The notes below the pieces were generated by a model. That model saw only the letters and a program-made list of their open reading frames with translations. It was not told where the DNA came from and did no database searches. DNA of 64,000 nt from positions 8,370,001 through 8,434,000 of the forward strand of contig NC_086097.1 of the NCBI RefSeq assembly GCF_963921235.1, given 5' to 3'. The first letter of the stretch is position 1, and every line of letters begins with the position of its first letter. Below, piece after piece: positions 51,603 through 64,000 of this stretch. A program made the position numbers and the translations under genes. The DNA comes from Mobula hypostoma (taxonomy: Eukaryota).

Positions 51603-52823
51603 CAGGTTAAGTGCCCCTTATCTGAAATTCCAAAATCTGATAACCTCCAAAATCCAAATTTTTTTTGAGTGCTGATATAACGTCACAATGGAAAATTCCA
51701 GAAGGCACAGGGAAGGTTCCCAGGTGATACACAGGCCCCTGCAGATCACAGACGTTCCTGAGAAGTGTTAAGGAAAAATAGAAAAATGCTGTATTTATCA
51801 AAAAAATGAAGAAATCAATCACATAGAGGAAGAACAGATTAATCAGCATCGGAGTGAACATATGTCGTTTGACTGTATGCTGATCATGAAACAAGCAAAG
51901 ATCTATCACGACAAACTGAAATTGAAGGTAATTCTGAATATTCCGCAGGCTAGTTGCACAAATTTAAGAAAATGCACGGCATTAATTTTTCAAAGATTTG
52001 TGGTGATAAAGCATCTGCTGAACACGAAGCAGCATAGAAATTCTTTGATGAGTTTGCCAAGATCGTTGCTGATGAAAATCTAACACCAGAACGAGTCTGC
52101 AATGCTGATTGTTTTTTATGCCTTACATAAAACCTAAAAAAAGAACTAAAATATAAATACAGTGTACTGTAACCATTTAATCAAAACATGGCACTGTAGG
52201 CACTTGTTGTTGAACAGAAGAGTCAAAATCAGAATCAGGTTTAATATCATGAATTATCGAGCGCGAACCTTCAGGCTCCTGTACCCCCTCCCTGATGGTG
52301 ACAATGAGAAGAGGCTGTGCCCTGGATGGTGGAGGTCCTTAATGATGGATGACACTTTTTTGAGGCACTGCTCCTTGAAGATCTCCTGGGTACCATGGAG
52401 GCTAGTGCCCATGATGGAGCTGACTAAGTTTACAACTCTCTGCAGCTTAATTTGATCCTGTCCAGTAGCCCCCTCGTACCAAACAATGATATAGCCAGTT
52501 AGAATGCTCTCCACGATATTCTCTCAAAGCCATTGTGCTGCTTTTGTTACCCTGCACACGTTATATTTTCATTTTTATTAATAGAAACATAGAAACATAG
52601 AAAATAGGTGCAGGAGTAGGCCATTCGGCCCTTAACTTTTACTGTGAAGTAGATGTGTGTGATGAACAAGTGTAAGACAAAGTCTGCTTAGCAGTAGCAC
52701 ATAAATTCAGTCAGATATTATAGTGATCCCAAGATTTCTCTTTATCTATTCCAAAATCCCAAAAAATCCAAAATCCGAAACACTTCCACCTCAAGCATTT
52801 TGAATAAGGGGGTACTCAACCTG
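51603..52823 (+). mobile_element. Internally deleted Tigger4/Zombi-like DNA transposon
   Basis: TA-flanked TIRs caggttaagtgccccttat / ataagggggtactcaacctg, subterminal ccaaaatc repeats, transposase fragment KICGDKASA..ADENLTPERVCNAD. Hosts a Rex1 fragment (52225-52515) and a CR1 tail (52580-52634). Confidence 0.85.
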
Positions 52824-55800
52824 TATAAGCAAATATTGCCCAGCCTCAATAATGTTTTCTCTACTATAAGACATAGAAGCAGAAGTATGATATTCGACCT
52901 GTCGAGTCTGATCTGTCATTCCATCATGGCTGATTTATTATCCATCTCAACTTCATTCTCCTGCCTTTTCCCTGTAACTTTTGACACCCTGTCTTATCAA
53001 GAATCTTTCAATCTATGCCTTAAATATACCCAGTGACTTGGCCTCCACAGTCATCTTTGGCAACAAATTGCACAGACTCACCACTTCTCTTTCTCAAGAA
53101 ATTCCTCCTCATTTCTATTCTAAATGGACTTTGGTCATGGACTCCTCCACCACTGGGGAAGTCTATCCTCTCCAAATCCGCTCTATCTAGGTCTTTCAAC
53201 ATTCAATAGGCTTCAATGAAGTCACCCCTCTTTCTTCTGAAATGCAGTGATTGCAGACCCAGAGCCATCAAACATTCTTCATATGTCAAGCCTTTCAATC
53301 CCAGAATCATTTTTGTGATCCTCCTTTGAACCCTCTCCAATGTCAACATATCCCGTCTTAGATAATGGACGCAAAACTACTCAGAATACTCCAAGTGAGG
53401 CCTCACCAATGCTTTGTTATCAAAAATTGCAGCTTGTACTTCCAAGCTATGTGCAATTTTCCTTCACCTCATCATCACAGTGACACCCTCTTCTGCATGC
53501 TGTGATGATCCCTATTTCTCATATCTGACAGCTTTGTGACCTCCCAAACCTCAAGTGGAAATTTGGTACCAATTAATGCAGTTTCATCCTGTCGCCAAAT
53601 CCCCACTAGGGACTGATTTAGAGACAAGTCTGTTTGAATTTATTTTGCTTTGGACTGGTTCAGCAGCCTGATAGGAGAGGCTTTTATGTTATTAACTTGG
53701 AGTAGACTAAAATCCAGGTCAGATGTGAGAGATCACTCCTCCAATCCAATAGTTTAGTCAGTCTCTTCCTCACTCTACTTTGACACTCCTATCATTTCTG
53801 TGAGGCAAACAATTTTTGCAAAAGATGCTGAACATTAGTGCCATACTGATGTCTTTACTATGAGTGTCTTTTAAGGTTTAGAATGGAGCCTGGGCCACAT
53901 AAATGTTTCTGTGGAAAACATGCTAAGCAGTATTCTGGTAAGAAGATGCTGAATATATCTATTGAGAGCACCCAGAGGAGAAAGACTTTCAATATTCGGT
54001 AGGTTTTGTTGAGATTCCTACCTCATTCTTTTAAGCTCCATGAATACATGCCCAGAGCCATCATACATTAACCCTTTCATTCCTAGGATCATTCTTATAA
54101 AACTCCTCCTCAATGCCAGGACACCTTATCTTAGATATGAGGCCCTAAGTTACTCACAATACAGTACATTAGGTCTGAGCAATGCCTTATAAAGCCTCAG
54201 CATTACATCTTTGCTTTTATATTCTAGTCCTTTTGAAATGAATATTAACATTGGATTTGACTTCCTTAACCTTTAGAGAAGCTGACACCAGGAATTCCAA
54301 ATCCCTTTGCAACACCAAAAATTTAATCTTTTCATTCTTTATTGCTCTTTTAGTCACCTTCCGTTGATTATTAAGAGCTTCAAAATCACCTGGCTTCCCA
54401 CTAATTTTGGGCATATTATGTCCACCTCCGGCTTTTATGTTTTATTTGCCTTCCCTTGTCAGCCATGGTTGCCTCAGCCTCCATTTAGAACACTTCTTCT
54501 TTGTGTCCTGAGTCTTCTGCATTATTCCCAGAAACTCTAGCCATTGCTCTATTGTCATCCCTGCTAGTGTCCCCTTTCAATCAACTTTGGTCATCTCCTC
54601 TCTCATGCCTATGCAGTTACTTTTACTCAATTCTAATGCCGATTCATCTGATTTAATTGCAAGGTGAATATCTGTCATAATATGATCACTGCCTCATATA
54701 AGTGTTCCATTAACAAATATAAATCTGGTTCCTTGCATAACACCCAATCTAGCATTGCCTTTTCCCTGGTGGACTTGAACACAATCTGCTCTCATAGACA
54801 TTCCAAAAAAAAAAAAATCCTTCTCTTGGGAAGCAGCATCAATCTGATTTTCTCAATCTATATGCATATTGAAATCCCTTATGATCATTGTAACATTGCC
54901 CTTATCACATGCCTTTTCCATCTCCTGTAATTTGCACTATACATCCTGGCCACTGTTCAGAAGCCTGTACAGTACTCTCATCAAGATCTCTTTACATTTA
55001 CAGTTTCTTAACTCTGTCCATAAGGCTTCTACAAACTATGGACCTACTTTCAAGGACTCTATAACTCATGTTGTCAATATTATTTATTAATTTTTATTTT
55101 GGTAATCGCACAACTTATCTTTTGCACATTTAGTTGTTTGACCATCTTTGTGTGTAGTTTGTCATTGATTCTATTGTATCCTTTGCATTTACTGTATACA
55201 TCCACATGAAAATGAATCACAGAGTATAAATGTTGACATATACAGTGTGTGCTTTGATAATAAATCTTACTTTGAACTTTGAACATCTTCTGATCCTATG
55301 ACACTTCTTCCAAAAGATTTGATTTAATTTTTTATCAATAAAGCCACCTGACCTTCTCTACCCACCAACCTGTCCTTTCCAAACAATGGATACCTTGGAT
55401 GCTTCACTTCCACCTGTGATCTTCTTTCAACCATAACTCTATGAAGTTCACAATGTCATAACAGCCAATTTCTAACTGTGCTACCTTATCTGACACAACA
55501 AAAATCTTCATGCATTTCTCAATCTGTCCAAGTCAAGCCCATGTGAGCTGTAAAGGCTATAAAGTTAAGATTCTCTGTGTGTATTAAGCAATGAATTTCT
55601 CCAATGACCAATAAAAAGCCAGGATTTAGTTTAATAGCTCATAAAGTTAAAGACTCATGAGTTTATTATTTAATTAACTTAGTTGTTTTGTGCATAGGGT
55701 GATCTTAAAGCAGAATTTTCAGAATTTATGTGTGGTAACAATGTTAAATAACAACCTGAAATCATTTGTGTAGAGATGCCAGTCAATTCCACATGCCGGG

Positions 55801-56156
55801 TTGAGATGGGACAAGACTCTATAAATATTAAACAAGACTTGGCAATATTTTCACTGAAAACTCAATCTTTACAGTCATGCATATATAAAGAATTCTCTAG
55901 AAGATATTGCATGAATTGCATGGATCTGCAGACTTCTCGTATGGCTTTGCACTCTTTAGTAATTATGTCCATCTGGCATAGTTTGCATATTGGTGTTTGA
56001 TTGTTTGTGGTTTTTGGATTGCTATATTTATGTGCTATTCTTGGTTGGTGCAGCTGTAACGAAACCCAATTTCCCTCGGGATCAATAAAGTATGTCTATC
56101 TATCTATCTATTAAAACTAATAGATCTGAATTGTCGGAATGTACAATGTTTGTGTA

Positions 56157-56583
56157 ACTTACTTATTTCTGCCTGTTATGCTGCTGGCATTTAGGGCAGC
56201 AATGAAGGTCCTCCATCTCTGGTGGTGTTTAGGGCTTACTTCATCATCTCAGTAGCTTCCCCTTGGTTTTCACTACTGTTAGTCATGCAAGTCCCAGGTG
56301 GAGTCTCAGGAACACCATTAAACTCAGATGTTGAAGTATTCTTCATTGCTGTTCTTCTAACAGTTTTGTTTTACCGGTCAGGGTTGTTAGCCCTTAACTG
56401 AACCCCCCAAACATGGAGGACTGGTGGATCACTCTTAGTCTGACCTCTATCATTTGGCCTGTTTGGGCACGGGTGATTCTACCAAGAACAAAGCATAAAG
56501 CCCTGACTCCATCTAACATAGCGCTCTGGGTCACTGAGCATGCAAGCCTCCAACCATACAGCAAGGTAGTTGTCTTCTTGGAG
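56157..56583 (-). mobile_element. Second RTE-like non-autonomous family
   Basis: Collinear with 42603-43032. Confidence 0.6.
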
Positions 56584-57199
56584 AAGTGTTGGTATAAGCA
56601 GAGTACTCCTGATCATCTCCTAATGTGGATGATGAACCATGCATAGATATCCAAAATGGTTGCATAACTGTTTGACTATCATGGGCAGGAATACAGTAGC
56701 AGAGCGGTAAGCAGAATAGCTTTACAATGCCGCATGTAACATAGAAAACCTACAGCACAATGCAGGTCCTTCGGCCCCCAGTGCTGTAGCACTGAGGTTT
56801 GATTCACACTTCTGTCCTTAAGGAGCTTGTACATTCTCCTTGTGACCGGGTTAGTTTCACCTGGGTGCCCACCCTAGTCTCCCCCACATTCCAAAGATGT
56901 ACAGTAAGGGTTAGTGATTGGTTGGCATGTGTGTTGGCACTAGAATCACGGCAACGTTTATGGGCTGCTCAGAACAAGCTTTGCTGATTTGATTTGACAA
57001 AAAACAATGCATTCCACTTATCTTGATGTACAGAACATGTGACAAAGAAAGCTAATCTTTCTTTCTTTATATCAACATCAAGCTGCAGAAAAGCCGCCCA
57101 TGTCAGGGTAGTGTTGAGTTGGTGGTGGTGGAGGTGAGGGGATAAAGACAGCAGACCAACTTACTTTACCACAGCATGCTGGTTAAGGTTTTAAACACT

Positions 57200-57610
57200 G
57201 ACATCTTCCATTCCTCTCTCTTGTTCCCCTCTTACTTCGACTCAACTCATCAACTGCCTATCACTTCCCCTTGATGCCTCTTCTCCTTCCCTCTCTCCTA
57301 AGATCCACTCTCCTGTCCTATCAGGTTCCTTCTTTTTCAGCCCATTATCTTTTCCAACAATCACTTCCCATCTTCTTACTTTAACCCCACTCTCCCCATC
57401 AATCTGGCTTCACCTATCACCTTCCAGTTTGTACGCCTTCCCATTTACCTAGCTTCTTATTCTGGTGCTTTCCCCCTTCTTTTCCAGTCCTGAAGAAGGA
57501 TCTCAGCCTGAAAAAATGACTGTTCGTTCCTTTCCATAGATGCTGCAGGACCTGCTGAGCTCCTCTAGCATTTTGTGTGCGTTACTTCGGATTTCCATCA
57601 TCTGCAATAT
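57200..57610 (+). mobile_element. Old Penelope-like 3' remnant
   Basis: Polypyrimidine tract plus cagtcctgaagaaggatctcagcctgaaa. Confidence 0.7.
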
Positions 57611-58104
57611 CACTTGCACTGTATTATGAAAAAGATTGATGTCTTCCAAAGAAACTGGCTTCTCTTCATGTCACTGCTGTGCACATAATTCCATGTGTAT
57701 GAGCCCAGAAACTGGTAGACTGGAAGCTATTTTCCAGGAGAACTCTTTATAGGTATGTTGAAGACTCAAGTTCCACTTGACCATCATCAGTCTTGACCCT
57801 TAAAACATCTTCAAAACTTCAGATTTGTCAGAACGGAAAATGTAGAGAAGACCAGAGCCTCATCCTCTTTGAGACTAACCCAGTTTTCTCAGTTTTAAAT
57901 GCATTCCATCACCCTGGCAACTGCTGAAAATCACTGAAAATTAAACCAGATTATTTCAGCTGTAGAGTCACATTTCATAGCATGCCCCACCATGCATCTC
58001 AGCAATCATTAACCTTCCTAAACGACTGTCTCGCCTTCATTGTTTTATACTTCTTAAACATAATTCTTTGACCAAGTTTCTGCCACAAATCCAAATATTC
58101 CATA

Positions 58105-58670
58105 TGTAACGCACTGTAAGGTTTCATTGCTAATGTAATGGTCTCTCTATAGCAGCAATGTTTGGGTTATGACTGGAGATAACAGGGCTTGGAATGTGGG
58201 GGGGGGTCATCCAATGTGAGAAATGTTGTTGTTTCTTGTGAGTCTGGAAGAGAGATTTTCATGGGTTTTTGGTTGGCGAGAGGAGAAGAAGGAAAACGCA
58301 TGTGGAGAGAGAGCTGGGAGACCACCAGACAGAGTGGACCGGGAGTGAGGGTCCGAATGTCGGCGACACTTGAAGGAGGTCAATGGTTGATGAATAGCTG
58401 TGTTTGTGACCTCCAACGTGCACTTTTGACTTTTCTCTTAAAATGGGCCCTTTTTCTTTTTATTTTCTTTACTAACCTTATATTCAGATATAGATTTATA
58501 AAGTTCAATCATTTAATTGCACATGGTGTACTGTCTGATATTTTGTGGCGCGAGTTTGTAACCGGGCAACACATCATGCAGCATCTGCATGAATGAGATC
58601 TCTCAGTTTGGCGGGGCCAGAAGTTGTCTTCCCCTAGACGAACACGTGCTGGCCGAGTCCGAGGGTTACA
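58105..58670 (+). mobile_element. Solo LTR related to 36563-37247
   Basis: TGTAAC...GTTACA termini, flanks cata/tata. Shares cagtttggcggggcc..ccctagacga near the 3' end. Confidence 0.75.
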
Positions 58671-58704
58671 TATATGTGGCTAAGTACCAACTTTAATTTG
58701 ATAA

Positions 58705-59200
58705 ATGCAAAAAAGGCTGCAGATGGTGGAAATCCAGAACAACACACTCAAAATACTGAAGGAACTCAGCAGGTCAGGCAACATCTTTGAAAATGATGAA
58801 CAGTTGATGTGTCAGACCAAGAGCCTTAATCGGGTCTGAAATAGAAGGGGGAAGATGCCAAAGTAAAGAAATAGGGAAGGGGAAGGAGGCCGGCAAGAAG
58901 GTGATAGTTGAAGCCTAGTGGGTAGAAATGGTAAAGGGCTGAAGAAGAAGGAATCTGATAGGAGAGGAGAATGGACTACAGGAGAAAAGGAAGGAGAAGA
59001 TCCAGGTGGAAATAATAGGCAGGTCAGAAGAGGTAAAAGGCCAGAGTAGGGAACAGAAGAAGGGAGGAGGGGAGGGGAAAAAAACTATCTACCAAAAGGA
59101 GAAATCTATATTCAGTTTGGAGACTACCCAAACTGAGAATAAGGTGTTGCTCCTCCACCCTGGGGATGGCCCCATCTTGGAGCAACTTATTGGAACAGGA
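58705..59200 (-). mobile_element. Old Penelope-like 3' remnant
   Basis: Same architecture on the minus strand. Smaller pLTR scraps lie at 27305-27395, 48610-48700 and 49215-49450. Confidence 0.7.
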
Positions 59201-59522
59201 ATAGGAATGATTGGAGACTGCAGCATGAAAATGCTGACCTATAAACTGGGTGATTTTAATAAGTTAAATACGTTCAGTGGCCATTTTATTAGGTACACCT
59301 GCTTGTTAATGTAAATATCTAATCAGCCAATCAGGTGGCAGCAGCTCAATACATAAAAGCATGAAGATATGGACAAGAGGTTCAGTTGTTGTGGAGACCA
59401 AACATCAGAATGGAGAAGAAATGTGATCTAAGTGACATTGAGCATGGAATGATTGTTGGTGCCAGATGAGGTACTTTTGAATATCTCAGAAACTGTTGAT
59501 GTCTTGGGATTTTCACACACAA

Positions 59523-61960
59523 CATAGAACATAGAACATTACAGCACAGGAACAGGCTCTTCTGCCCACAATGTTTTGCTGAACTAGCCAAAACCTAAAT
59601 TTAAAAAACTAATTCTTTCTACTTACACAATGCCCATATCCCTCCAACTTCCTCATATCCATATGCCTATCTAAGCATCTCGTAAAAGCCTCCAATATAT
59701 TTGCCTCTATCACCATACCAGGCAGCACACTCCAGGCATCCACCAGTCTCGGAGTAAAAATCTTACCCCTCACATCCCATATAACCATACAACCATATAA
59801 CAATTACAGCATGGAAACAGGCCATCTCAGCCCTTCTAGTCTATGCCAAACTCTTACTCTCACCTAGTCCCACTGACCTGCACTCAGCCCATAACCTTCC
59901 ATTCCTTTCTTGTCCATATAACTATCCAATTTAATTTTAAATGACAACATCGAACCTGCCTCAACCACTTCTGCTGGACGCTCGTTCCACACAGCCACCA
60001 CTCTCTGAGTAAAGAAGTTCCCCCTCATGTTACCCCTAAACTTTTGCCCTTTAACTCTCAACTCATGTCCACTTATTTGAATCTCCCCCACTCTCAATGG
60101 AAAAACCCTATCTACGTCAACTCTATCTATTCCCCTCATAATTTTAAATACCTCTATCAAATCCCCTCTCAATCTTCTACGCTCCAAAGAATAAAAACCC
60201 AACTTGTTCAAACTTTCTCTGTAACTTAGGAGATGAAACCCAGGCAACATGCTATTAAATATCCTCTGTACTCTCTCAATTTAATTGACATCTTTCCTAT
60301 AATTCAGTGACCAAAACTGTACACAATACTCAAAATTTGGCCTTAACAATGCCTTATACAATTTCAACATTACATCCCAACTCCTATACTCAATGCTCTG
60401 ATTAATAAAGGCCAGCATACCAAAAGCTTTCTTCACCACCCTATCCACATGAGATTCCACCTTCAGGGAACTATGCACAATTATTCCTAGATCCCTCTGT
60501 TCTACTGCATTCTTCAATACCCTACAATTTACCATGTATGTTCTATTTTGATTAGTCCTACCAAAATGTAGCACTTCACAGTTACCAGCATTAAACTCCA
60601 TCTGCCATCTTTTAGCCCATTCTTCTAAGCGGTCTAAATCTCTCTGCAAGCTTTGAAAACCTACTTCATTATCCACAACTCCACCAAGTTTAGTATCATC
60701 TGCATACTTACTAATCCAATTTACCACCCCATCATCCAGATCATTAATATATATGACAAACAACACTGGACCCAGTACAGATCCCTGAGGCACACCACTA
60801 GACACTGTCCTCCAATCTGATACACAGTTATCCACCACTACTCTCTGGCGTCTCCCATCCAGCCACTGCTGAATCCATTTCACTACTTCAATATTAATAT
60901 TAATCCCCCTTTGAACCTACCCCCTTTCACCTTCAATGCATGCCCCCAGCTATAAGATGTTTCAACTCCAGGCAGAGAAGATACTCCCAGTCTACTCTAT
61001 CCTTGCCTCTCATAATCTTATAAACTTCTATCAGATCTTCCCTCAGCTTCTGCCGTGCCAGAGAAAACAACGAAGTATATCCGGCCTCTCATGATAGCGC
61101 ATACCCTCTAAACCAGCATCCTGGTTAACCACTTCTGTACCCTCTCCAAAGTTCAACATCCTTCCTATAGTGGGGCAACCAGGACTATATGCAATACTCC
61201 AGATGTGGCTAAACCAAGCTCTATAAAGTTGCAACATAACCTTTTGGCTTATGAACTCAATGCCTCAACTAATAGAAACAAGCATTCCATAAGCCTTCTT
61301 AACCATCTTATTGACTGCAAGATTTCTCTGCCTAGCAATGCTGTTAAGGGTCTTGCCCTTAACAGTGTACTATCTCCTTGCATTTGCCCTACCAAGGTGC
61401 AACACCTCATATTTATCTGTGTGAAACTACATCCACCATTTCTCAGCCCATATCTGCAACTGATCTATATCATGCTGTATACTTTGCCAGTCTTGTACAC
61501 TATCCACAATTTCAGCAATCTTGCTATTATCCACAAACTTATTAACCTACCTTTCTACATTTCCATCCAGATCATTCATATACATCACAAATAGCAGAGG
61601 TCCCAGCACAGACCCTTTCAGAACACTAATTACAGACCTCCAGCTCAAATAAGTCCCTTCGACCACTACCTTCTGCCTTCTATGTGTAACCTAGTTCTGA
61701 ATCCAAACAGCCAATTTGCTGTCGACCCCATACATCCTCATCTTCCGGATTAGCCTTCCATGAGGGACTTTGTCAAATGCCTTACTAATATCCATCCACT
61801 GCCCTACCCTCATCAATCTCTTTCATCACCTTGTCAAAAACTCATTCAAATTGGTAAGGCACAACTTGTCCATGCAAAGCCGTGCTGGCTCTCACTAATT
61901 AGGCCACAGATTTCCAAATACTCATACATCCTATCCTTCAGAATTTTCTCCAGCAATTTC
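59523..61960 (-). mobile_element. Older CR1 split by the young CR1
   Basis: Tail tagaacatagaac at 59523; pieces 59523-59776 and 60900-61960 are collinear. Confidence 0.75.
59777..60893 (-). mobile_element. Young CR1 LINE 3' fragment, same subfamily as 21451-22312
   Basis: GVPQGSVLGP..YINDL..KYADDTK; same 3' UTR and tail. Confidence 0.92.
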
Positions 61961-63038
61961 TCAGCAATGGTCTCAAGAGATTAAAATGAATGGTTCGAAA
62001 AGCAAAAAAAATTCCAGTGAATGGCAGTTCTGTGGGTGAAAGCACCTGGTCAATGAAAGAGGTCAGAGGAAAATGCCAGACTGTTTCGAGCTGACAAGAA
62101 GGCAACAGTAATTCAAATAACCACACGTTACAACAGTGGTGTGCAGAAGAACATCTCTGAATGCACATGTTGAAAGTTGAAGTGGATGGACTGACTGCAG
62201 CAGCCAAATTTCTCAAATATACAGGCATTAGGTTGTACCTAATAATTTGGCCACTGAATGTCTTTAATTATTTATTACAAAGAATTTATGACATATTTGT
62301 AGCTATAGCATTTAAAAAAATTTCTTCCCACATCCTTTAGGTGATCCTGGGTTATCCAAAGGGAGATTATTGATCAATTCTTGAACTGGTGTTATTGTTG
62401 TTGATTTACTAATCTACTGATTCAAAACTTCTCCCAGGTAAAAGTGTAAAACAGATCACTACCATGCAGTCTGAAGCATGGGTGGGCTGCAGCAGACTGT
62501 AGCTCTGAATTTCAGGCCCCAGACACTTGTTTCCCAAACAGACTGTGGTATGCTAACGAACAGTGAGTGATAAGTGACATGGCCTCACTACCACGTCTAT
62601 TGACTCAGCTGACTGGACTTGATGAGCAGGAGATTGATTGAGAGCAAAATACTCCTTTGACTAAAAAAAAATAAATAGGAAATAAAATGCACTTCTTAAA
62701 AGAAATTCAGATGATAGTGATGATACTTAGAAATTACTGTATATCTAATCACTGATATAACTCTTTGAATACAAAATGTAAAGTTTTGCAGTAGTTCATG
62801 AAATGTGCTATAGAAGCCTTGTATTTATCCTCAACATGGCACAGTAATGTTGGGGTTAGCACAACACTTTACAGTACAGATGCTTTGAGTTGAATTCCCT
62901 CAGACGCTGCCTGTAAAAATTTTGTATGTTCTTCCCATGACCGCTTGGGTTTCCTTTAGGTGCTCCAGTTTCCTCGCACTGTCCAAAGATTTACCAGTTG
63001 GTAGGTTAATTGGTCATTGTAAATTGTCCCGTGATTAG

Positions 63039-63158
63039 CAACACACATCAAAGTTGCTGGTGAACGCAAGAGGCCAGGCAGCATCTCTAGGAGAGGTACA
63101 GTACAGTACAGACTTTGATGTGTGTTGTTTGAACTTCCAGCATCTGCAGAATTCCTTG
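63039..63158. mobile_element. Mini Penelope inverted pLTR insertion lacking the hammerhead core
   Basis: Perfect 14-bp TSD TGTCCCGTGATTAG (63025-63038, 63159-63172), inside a V-SINE. Confidence 0.88.
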
Positions 63159-63809
63159 TGTCCCGTGATTAGTCTAGGATTAAATCTGGGGTTAGCTGGG
63201 TGCTGGAGCTCGATGGGCTGGAAGGGCCTATGCCTCACTGTATCAAGATATAAAAAATAAATACTTGTAGGAGATTACAGCCAGTGAATAACCTGTGATG
63301 CACTGATGCCCAACACTATTACAGCTCAGGGCATTCCAAAGTTTGGAATTCTGTAATTTGCCTTTGTACATCATCCTGTTATCGTCTGGGTTTTCCCCTG
63401 GTGCTCCGATTTTCCTTCACAGTCCAAAAACATACTAGGTAGGTTAATTGGTCATTGTAAACTGTCCCGTGATTAGATTAGGGTTAATTGGGTTTGTCTG
63501 GGGTTGCTTGGGCACTGTGGCTCAAAGAACCAGAAAGGCCTACTCTGTGTTGTAATGCTAAACTATATATAAAAAAACAAAATAGAGTCAGATTCAGAAT
63601 CAAGTTTAATATCACTGGCATATGTCAAAAAATTGTTGTTTTGGGGCAGCAGTACAATGCAAATCACAACACAAGGTTTTTAATAGGTTGCAAGCTTATC
63701 CAAGGGACAGCTTGTATAAGAGGAAGGGTGGTTTGTGGAGTGTGTTTGAAAGAGCGGGCCTGGACAGTTGAAAGTGCTTTCTTTGATGAAATCCTTAAAG
63801 TCCTCTGAT

Positions 63810-64000
63810 GGATAAAACAGAACAATATCAGTATCCTCTCACAGGTCAACATCCTCAGCACTGAGGCTCGAAATATATACTCGATCTGCTTCATTAAGAA
63901 GATCTCGTCATTTGCAGGGATGACACCAGAACTCCCCAAACAAAAAAGTTGTTCTGAGCTCCATCTCCAAGCGATTATATGGGAATAAAGAAGCAGCTCA
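63810..64000 (+). mobile_element. Old RTE C-terminal remnant
   Basis: NISILSQVNILSTEA..DDTR/LPKQ..SEL-like translation with frameshifts. Confidence 0.45.

Larger units (their letters stand above)
59271..62260 (+). mobile_element. Tc1-derived element split by nested CR1s
   Basis: TIRs at both ends. Encodes Tc1 N-terminus MEKKCDLSDIEHGMIVGAR (from 59410). Halves at 59271-59523 and about 61962-62260. Confidence 0.8.

Overview
Eukaryotic, non-coding, very repeat-dense DNA. The repeat repertoire (V-domain HE1-like SINEs, CR1, Rex1/Babar, RTE, Penelope) points to a cartilaginous fish, probably a ray; this is an inference. Almost all ORF-track entries are transposon fragments or chance ORFs. I find one plausible host exon: 19656-19792 (+), with AG/GT boundaries and an in-frame perfect Kozak ATG. 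Its peptide resembles, from recall only, the extended N-terminus of RBFOX-family proteins, so the window may be part of a giant-intron gene. The most coherent system is a young Penelope-like (RT + GIY-YIG) family: one 5'-truncated coding copy plus several 90-810 bp derivatives. Most carry a minimal hammerhead ribozyme (AGTC-CTGAYGA-stem II-GAAAC-GTC^GACT), several have inverted pLTR ends, and six have 13-14 bp target-site duplications. Other elements: a HERO-like RLE LINE split twice, Tigger and Tc1 DNA transposon relics, two related solo LTRs, an L1-style insertion, RTE LINE/SINE partners and many nested insertions. Coordinates of old repeats are approximate. No searches were run.
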